Positions 57,998 through 64,000 of a stretch of 64,000 nt of DNA are shown in pieces. Source of the DNA: an uncultured Prevotellaceae bacterium (GTDB lineage: Bacteria > Bacteroidota > Bacteroidia > Bacteroidales > Bacteroidaceae); assembly GCA_946410305.1 (NCBI GenBank), contig CAMJZV010000017.1, positions 4,477-68,476 of the forward strand, given 5' to 3'. Within the stretch, counting starts at the first letter, position 1. Every line of letters starts with the position of its first letter. The notes beneath the pieces are model-generated. The model was given only the letters and a program-made list of their open reading frames with translations, ran no database searches and was not told the origin of the DNA. The position numbers and the translations under genes are program-made.

Positions 57998-58696
57998 TTA
58001 TCTTCTGCCATTTCGCCTCCAGCGTTCCATACATTGCCTTGTGATACTGGCTTTGTCCGCTTCGCTCCTGGCACTGTAATCAATCTCTGCCCACACGTCA
58101 GCAAGGGACGTGTATTTCACCGCCTTGATGAGACGCTGGAGCTTCTTGTTCATGAGTTTGAGCTTGGGACGGATGCCAAAGATAATCTCCAGACGTTCCT
58201 TCTCAGTCATCTTGGTATTGGCGAGACAGACCTGACGGATGTCATTGACAATATCCACACTTCCCATGATAATCTCCCGATAGATCTTGTTACGATTAGC
58301 GGAAAGTGCCACTGCAAGGGCATTCGTGGGATGAGCACTTAGCTGATGGCTGAAACTTCCAAGGTTGTCAACCATCCTGTCAATCTCATGGTAGAAGCCG
58401 TATATCTGTGCTGCATAGGCTATGATGCTGTGAAAGTCATCAAGGTATTTGTTGAACTCCTTCTGAAGGTCTGTGGTAGCATTGACCTCCTCGGTAATCC
58501 AGATATGGCCTGTTGCCTCCAGCAGCATCATCTTTTCCTGTTGCTTCAGCTCTTTCTTGGCTTTGTCCGTATAGAGCGCAATCATTCCTGCCAGCACAGG
58601 GTCATTGCCCTGCGCATGGAGCATACTCCCACCAACTCCCCCGAAGGGGAGGGCGAGAGTCAGCATGATTATGACAAAGAAAGATTTATTCAACAT
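57998..58696 (-). CDS. ICE secreted helical hypothetical protein (conjugation-associated)
   Basis: Signal peptide ending HAQ; helical; MTEKERL motif. Confidence 0.6.
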   Translation of the reverse strand: MLNKSFFVIIMLTLALPFGGVGGSMLHAQGNDPVLAGMIALYTDKAKKELKQQEKMMLLEATGHIWITEEVNATTDLQKEFNKYLDDFHSIIAYAAQIYGFYHEIDRMVDNLGSFSHQLSAHPTNALAVALSANRNKIYREIIMGSVDIVNDIRQVCLANTKMTEKERLEIIFGIRPKLKLMNKKLQRLIKAVKYTSLADVWAEIDYSARSEADKASITRQCMERWRRNGRR

Positions 58697-58709
58697 GATT
58701 CATTCCGTT

Positions 58710-59459
58710 TTAGTATGCAGCTCTGGCACATCTTATCCATCGTCTGTGGGCCTGTAGTGCTATTTCCCCATTGGTACGGTCAAGCATTCCGGCGGTTACA
58801 CTGTTCCATACATCAGTCATGGTGTAGTAGCGGATGGATAGATAGAGCTTGGTGAGTTTCTTATTGAAAGCATCGAGCCTGTCATTGAGTGCCCAAAGGG
58901 TCTTGCTTCTCTCTGCTCCAGTAAGCATATTCTCTGTACCTCCCTTGGCAATGGCATCCCTCAATGTCGTGTAGATGGTCACAAGTTCCGTGGCCGTCTC
59001 TATGTAGAGGTTATTCATCGACATGGTGGCAACGATACCTTGCGGATTGTCGGCCATCGCTTTTCTCAGGTTACAGAGATTGATGAAGATGCGTACACCG
59101 TCATCATATAGTGTGGTACAGGCTTTCAATGTACTGGCATAGCCGTCCACCGTCTTCAGATAGGAGTTGTACTTCTTTTCCCACTTGTGGATCATCGTAA
59201 ACTCGGCTGCAATGCCGTTCTGAAGCAGTGCGGTCTTCTGCTGGTCATCAATCTGGGTCTTGATCTGACCATTGATGAGTTCATTGCCTTCTGCCAGTGC
59301 GACATATTCCAAAGGATTGCTGGAAGTTATCTGGGCATGGGCTTTCCCGAAACTCAACCACAAAAGGACAAATGCCATAAATGCGACTGTCCACCACCGT
59401 TGGTCAAAATGCCATCGGTCTTTGTTCATAGGATAGATGTTACCGATTGGTGATTTCAT
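58710..59459 (-). CDS. ICE secreted hypothetical protein
   Basis: Hydrophobic segment ending AHAQ; start uncertain (59459 or 59429). Confidence 0.6.
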   Translation of the reverse strand: MKSPIGNIYPMNKDRWHFDQRWWTVAFMAFVLLWLSFGKAHAQITSSNPLEYVALAEGNELINGQIKTQIDDQQKTALLQNGIAAEFTMIHKWEKKYNSYLKTVDGYASTLKACTTLYDDGVRIFINLCNLRKAMADNPQGIVATMSMNNLYIETATELVTIYTTLRDAIAKGGTENMLTGAERSKTLWALNDRLDAFNKKLTKLYLSIRYYTMTDVWNSVTAGMLDRTNGEIALQAHRRWIRCARAAY

Positions 59460-59931
59460 AAATGCCTTTTCTGCGTTTATTGTATTCAACTCTTTCTCTG
59501 ATGATAGCCACCACATCGAGCTTTTCTTTCACTCCGTAGATGTCGAGCTTGGGATTTGTCCTGTCGCCGCTGTAGATGCTGACGGTCTTTAGCCCGAACA
59601 ACTGTTCCAGTATATCCCTGCTCTCGCTGAAGTCCACGATGCGGTAAAGCTCAATGTAGTCGCTTGTCCTATGGAAGATGCCATGCTGGATGATAAGCTG
59701 CTCAGAGGAAACAATGAACCTGAGCTTGCACAGATACAGACAGCCATAAAGCATCATAAGTGTTGTGATGGTACCAAGTATCAGGAATGGAGCCTTGAAG
59801 GTGATGGCTTCATGTCCGGCAACAAGGAACAGTACCATACTGACAAGGAACATCAATCCCTGACTGATGATATACTGCGCCCAATGTGGGCGAAGCGTGA
59901 TGATGTTGAAGCGTCTGATTACCTGTTCCAT
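59440..59931 (-). CDS. Bacterial PH-domain membrane protein
   Basis: Two TM segments then HGIFHRTSDYIELYRIVDF...QLFGLKTV. Confidence 0.75.
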   Translation of the reverse strand: MEQVIRRFNIITLRPHWAQYIISQGLMFLVSMVLFLVAGHEAITFKAPFLILGTITTLMMLYGCLYLCKLRFIVSSEQLIIQHGIFHRTSDYIELYRIVDFSESRDILEQLFGLKTVSIYSGDRTNPKLDIYGVKEKLDVVAIIRERVEYNKRRKGIYEITNR

Positions 59932-59933
59932 AG

Positions 59934-61460
59934 TTACCGATGATAATGTCTTCGCTCTTCCTGGTCTGATGTCTCTACCTCCATAGCAACATTGCCTTGC
60001 TCGTCAACACTGGTGGTATAGTCCACGTCATGCTGTATCTTCTTGTCATTGCCAACATCCTCGGATTCCACGTCAAGTGCCGCCGTGTCTTCCTTGATGT
60101 CAAGAGCCTTGCAAAGACTCTCCTTGAAAGTCTTCCATGCCTCCGATGCTTGGTTGATGGCTTCCTCTTTGTCGCATGGTGCTACAAGTCTGGAAGAACG
60201 CATCTCGTAGGCATCTTCATACAGGGCTTCATATCTGGCATAGAGTTTCTGGACTGACTTCGGAAGAAGGTCAATCTGCTCACTATTCGGATGAAGCACA
60301 TCTTTCGTGGATGGTATGTTATCCGTTCCTTTTCTGAAGGAATCCACGTAAGCCTTGTATTCTTCAGGGACATTGCCCTTTGCCAGCGGATGGTTCTTAC
60401 GCTCGATCATGGCAAGCAGCTCCTCATTGAAGTCCTTATAGCCGTCATTTGTTTCCTCACGGACGACACGGTTACTTGGGACGTTGGCTTTCTCTGCCAA
60501 ATCCCTGAACATGTCTGCGAACTTCATTCCGGCATCATCCATGTCAAAGCCCATGTGAAAAGTGGCATCCTTGGCAGTTCTCAGTAATCCTTCAAACTGT
60601 TTTGCTGATGGATTACCGCCTGTAGAGGCATAGACTCCACCGATAAGCTCCTTCTTTTCCTGTGTGGTAAGGTTACTGTCTTTACCTGCCAGCATTTGAT
60701 AGAAAGCCATTGCATCGTATGCACTCTCAAAGATGAAGACTCGCTTGGCATCCTGTAGCTTGGTGCCCATCGGACTGGCAATCCAAAGACCTTCACTGGC
60801 ATTGGAGCCTCTGGCCATGCCTTTGTAGGATGTGCCGTCCTGCTTTCTTCTTCCCCTTTCTTCCAAACCGACAATCTTTCCGTCTGTAGATCCAGGAATG
60901 GTCATGGGGAAGGAGAGGTTCTTATAGGTCTGGTCGCCTACAGTGCGTTCTGCAAGGACAAAATGATGATGGAAGGCATACTGCGTACTGAGGTTGATAC
61001 CTCTTGGCTGGAAATATGGATAGAACGGCTTTTGCGTTTCCCTGTCATTGCCATCAAAACGATGCAGCTTGTAATCGTCTATCTTGAAAGGTGGAAGGTC
61101 ACGCTGTGGATTGATAATCTTCTTTTCCCTTTCCTCGATAGGATTATTCAAAAGTCTGTTGCAGACAAGGTTGACGAGTCTGTCCTTATCCATGCCAGCC
61201 GTGTAGTCAGAGAACATTTCTGGATGCTCCTTGATGAAGCTGATGACGTTGTAGTTCTTCCGCGTAGGCGGCTGGAAACAGCAAAGGCCATTGGCAGTGA
61301 CGATGAACTTGTCACCACGAATACGTCTGCCCTCGCTGTCCAGCCTTACATACGACGGATAGCGCAAGCCGTCACGTCTGTTCAACGTGTAGCCAGCGTC
61401 TATCAGCACATCCTGAATACTGAGCTTGTTTTTGAAATCGTCGTAGGTGAGTTCTGCCAT
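59934..61460 (-). CDS. Toprim-domain (primase-like) protein
   Basis: FIFESAYDAMA, STGGNPS, GFDMDDAG, KDFNEEL. Confidence 0.8.
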   Translation of the reverse strand: MAELTYDDFKNKLSIQDVLIDAGYTLNRRDGLRYPSYVRLDSEGRRIRGDKFIVTANGLCCFQPPTRKNYNVISFIKEHPEMFSDYTAGMDKDRLVNLVCNRLLNNPIEEREKKIINPQRDLPPFKIDDYKLHRFDGNDRETQKPFYPYFQPRGINLSTQYAFHHHFVLAERTVGDQTYKNLSFPMTIPGSTDGKIVGLEERGRRKQDGTSYKGMARGSNASEGLWIASPMGTKLQDAKRVFIFESAYDAMAFYQMLAGKDSNLTTQEKKELIGGVYASTGGNPSAKQFEGLLRTAKDATFHMGFDMDDAGMKFADMFRDLAEKANVPSNRVVREETNDGYKDFNEELLAMIERKNHPLAKGNVPEEYKAYVDSFRKGTDNIPSTKDVLHPNSEQIDLLPKSVQKLYARYEALYEDAYEMRSSRLVAPCDKEEAINQASEAWKTFKESLCKALDIKEDTAALDVESEDVGNDKKIQHDVDYTTSVDEQGNVAMEVETSDQEERRHYHR

Positions 61461-61483
61461 TTTGTTATCCTGAAAAAATCCTT

Positions 61484-63154
61484 TTACCTTGTGTGTCCTA
61501 ATCCTACGCCGTGTTCTCCAGCATTCAGTCCTGCATCAAAAGCCCTCGATGCCAACTCCTGCGGTGAGTCAACACCAGGCTTGAAATACACATGAGGTCT
61601 GTCAGGCCCATGATGCTCCATGAAAATGGAAGGCCCACTGTGATGGTGGAAGTCATGGGTCAGCTCATGTGTGATGGCAAGTCCGGCAAGCAAGGCTCCA
61701 CCGATCTTTGCGCCCAAGCTGGTATTCATACCAGGAATGTTTTTCATATCCACCTCACTGAAGATGTGGGAGAAGAGCTTCATGCGATGGTAGTCATCGA
61801 TGGCCATGAACTTATCATACTGCTTCTGAGTAATCTCATGGCTGATGCTCTCACCGTTGATGACCGCTGTCATGCGGTATTTGGCTTCGCCCTTGGCATC
61901 CTTCTCGATTTCGCCCTTCTCATTCCTGACTGGCTCAACCTTGATGTCATCGACATTGACTTCACGACCATGCTTTCCCTCACGATACCATGCCTTGCCC
62001 TCATTGAGTTCATAGAGGGCATTGCCGTCAACATGAGCAACGGAACGGTCTTCTGGTTCTAACTGAACCTGTCTGCCGTCCATAGTCAGGGGAATATTAG
62101 CCTGTTCCAGAATCTGTGTCTGGCGGTCATTCAGTTCTGCTTCGACTTCTGGCTTCAGCTTAATGCCAATCTGCTCCTTGGAATTGAGCATATCCATCGT
62201 AATCTTCTCGCTGAAGTCGCCTTTGATGACATTGTTGAGAATGTCGAGACGCTGCTGAACAGGCACTTCCTTGATGGAGTTGCTTGTCAGCTTCTTGACT
62301 TCTTCCTCAGTCAGGTCATAGACGAAATCCTGCTTGGTGGCAGAGGATTGGATGGTGAGAGTCTTCTTCTCAGGATCAATCACAATGCCGTGACTGTCAA
62401 GACACTCCTTGAACTTCTCATTGGAGAAATACACCTTCGAGGTGATAAGCTCATTATATGGCTTGGCTGGCTCCTGCTTACGTGGAGCCACTTCCATAGG
62501 AGTGATGACAGTCTGAAGGTCAGCCAGTACATCCTGTTTCGGAGGTTGCACGGCAGTCTGCTGTCCTTTATAATAGAAGCCGTAACCTCCATTCTGCAAC
62601 TCTCCTGGTTTGATACGTCCGTCTGGACGGTCTGGAACCATTGGAGCACCCTGCATGAAGAGCGCACCACCGACACGTCGCATGTGGAAACCTGCTTGCT
62701 GTCGAGGTGTCCAGCCCAAGAAGAAACGGTCATGCAGTCCCCACATGGGATGCAGCCCACGTCTGTCCCAAGCCATACGGCCATACTCACCGACACCAAT
62801 CCTATAGCCGTGAAGTCCCATGGCAACACGTCCGTTGGCATTACGGGCATGTACGAAGTTCCTTGGAACATAAAAGTCATTGCCGACAAGTGCCGCAAAG
62901 GTGTTGTAGGCATTCTTGTTGGCATAATTCGTACCCCAGTCTGTCATGGCTTTCATCTGCTGGGCAGAGATGGGATAGGTGAGAAGCGGAGAGTCATGCC
63001 CTTGAACTGCCAACTGGAAGCCATCGCCCTGACGGATGATGTGCGCTTGCATACCATTCCGTCTGAGGATGTCTTGCAGCTCTGGCGACAAATCGCCTCT
63101 CAGTGGTAGAGAATTGGAACGTATCGACATAATAGTGTTGTTTAGATTCAACAA
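61484..63154 (-). CDS. ICE hypothetical protein
   Basis: 556-aa ORF in the operon; start may be the ATG at 63130. Confidence 0.65.
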   Translation of the reverse strand: MLNLNNTIMSIRSNSLPLRGDLSPELQDILRRNGMQAHIIRQGDGFQLAVQGHDSPLLTYPISAQQMKAMTDWGTNYANKNAYNTFAALVGNDFYVPRNFVHARNANGRVAMGLHGYRIGVGEYGRMAWDRRGLHPMWGLHDRFFLGWTPRQQAGFHMRRVGGALFMQGAPMVPDRPDGRIKPGELQNGGYGFYYKGQQTAVQPPKQDVLADLQTVITPMEVAPRKQEPAKPYNELITSKVYFSNEKFKECLDSHGIVIDPEKKTLTIQSSATKQDFVYDLTEEEVKKLTSNSIKEVPVQQRLDILNNVIKGDFSEKITMDMLNSKEQIGIKLKPEVEAELNDRQTQILEQANIPLTMDGRQVQLEPEDRSVAHVDGNALYELNEGKAWYREGKHGREVNVDDIKVEPVRNEKGEIEKDAKGEAKYRMTAVINGESISHEITQKQYDKFMAIDDYHRMKLFSHIFSEVDMKNIPGMNTSLGAKIGGALLAGLAITHELTHDFHHHSGPSIFMEHHGPDRPHVYFKPGVDSPQELASRAFDAGLNAGEHGVGLGHTR

Positions 63155-63379
63155 TCAGGCATTGCCATCAGCCAGTGCCTTTTCAAGTTCTTCTCCTTTG
63201 TAGTCAACGAACTTTTCTGCCGACTCATCGCCAACAGACAGTCCGCGTTCTCTGCAGAAGTCAGCATATTCGTTCTGCCATTCTTTGGAGTGATGGTTCA
63301 CATAGTCAAGCCAGCCAAATTCGCCGCTCTGCTTCTTCTGAACCAACTCGCTTTCGGAATAATACTTGTTTGTAGCCAT
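63155..63379 (-). CDS. Small ICE hypothetical protein
   Basis: 74 aa, coupled to the next gene. Confidence 0.6.
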   Translation of the reverse strand: MATNKYYSESELVQKKQSGEFGWLDYVNHHSKEWQNEYADFCRERGLSVGDESAEKFVDYKGEELEKALADGNA

Positions 63380-63410
63380 TGTCCTTTCTTTTTAGGGTTT
63401 TCGTTTCTGA

Positions 63411-64000
63411 TTAGCGCATGTGTCCCATGCTTCTGAGACCTGCCTTTTTCTGCTCATTCCAGAGTTCATCGGTGTAGTCCTCTTCCTTGACGTAATCAAG
63501 ATTGCCGTCTTCACCCATGACCCAACAGCCGTAGATGCCGAAGGTGAACTTGTCCCAATCACGGGTTCGCTGTTCGCTCCACATCTTGGCATCGCCCGGA
63601 GATACACGTACTCCAGTGCGGTTGCTAAGGTCAATACCAACAGTGATAGGTTCGTCATCGTCGTCACGGACGAAGGTGACAGGCTCACCATTCTGGAGGT
63701 TGTTGAACTCGGCTTCGCTCAGATGGATATCCTCTGAAATGAACTGGAGGTTACGGGCGATAACCTGAACTGGGGCAGACAATACCTGATTGGTCTCGTT
63801 GTCAATCTGTACAAAGGAGCGTACCATATTGCCATTCTTGTCTGGAATGGTGCCAACGATAATCTTGCCTTGTTCTAACAAAGTACGGCTCTGCTCAGAG
63901 AACAGTCTAAGATCCGCTTTCTCTATCTCAGGATAGAAGAGAGCATCAACATCGCCGTCCTCCTTGCGGATGAGCTTGAAGCGGCTACGACTCTTGACCT
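63411..64000 (-). CDS. DUF4099-like ICE protein (5' end beyond window)
   Basis: Frame open to the window edge: KSRSRFKLIRKEDGDVDALFYP...FVQIDNETNQVLS...WDKFTFGIYGCW. Confidence 0.65.
   Translation of the reverse strand, partial: VKSRSRFKLIRKEDGDVDALFYPEIEKADLRLFSEQSRTLLEQGKIIVGTIPDKNGNMVRSFVQIDNETNQVLSAPVQVIARNLQFISEDIHLSEAEFNNLQNGEPVTFVRDDDDEPITVGIDLSNRTGVRVSPGDAKMWSEQRTRDWDKFTFGIYGCWVMGEDGNLDYVKEEDYTDELWNEQKKAGLRSMGHMR

Larger units (their letters stand above)
54588..64000. mobile_element. ICE/genomic island remnant at tRNA-Ser (continues beyond window)
   Basis: att-like region, integrase fragment, then a co-oriented block typical of Bacteroidales ICEs (DUF4099-like, Toprim, PH domain, M23). 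Confidence 0.8.

Noticed and set aside
55339-64000. Prophage or anti-phage defence system in the island
   Set aside because: No structural phage genes or recognisable defence domains; content fits a Bacteroidales ICE backbone

Overview
Chromosomal window from a Bacteroidales organism, most likely a rumen-type Prevotella, judged by TAnnTTTG -7 promoters, many near-leaderless starts and gene content. Bases 1-54.6 kb are mostly housekeeping: rlmN, a GT2-DUF4922-SpoIID fusion with an AmpG-like permease, cysE, LytS/LytTR with MacAB-TolC, metY, ligA, hisB, yidC, ribH, recF, a C-terminal protease, dcp, apbE, mutS2, SRP RNA, tRNA-Thr and tRNA-Ser. A roughly 4 kb accessory block sits between the TPR gene and recF. 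From tRNA-Ser onward lies an ICE-like island whose integrase is truncated. The most striking signal is a pervasive system of 7-, 8- and 9-nt tandem arrays and small palindromes placed at stop codons, at promoters and in-frame inside genes. One copy forms inverted arms around an AT-rich four-helix-bundle (IVP/Avd-like) gene and another is an empty pair of arms, which suggests an uncharacterised mobile or RNA-excised cassette. Other candidates are a secreted protein with 15-aa RVKG repeats bracketed by perfect 21-bp inverted repeats, an A_AAA_AAG -1 frameshift extending an ICE M23 peptidase, and two candidate sRNAs. Family assignments come from motif recognition by eye; no searches were run.
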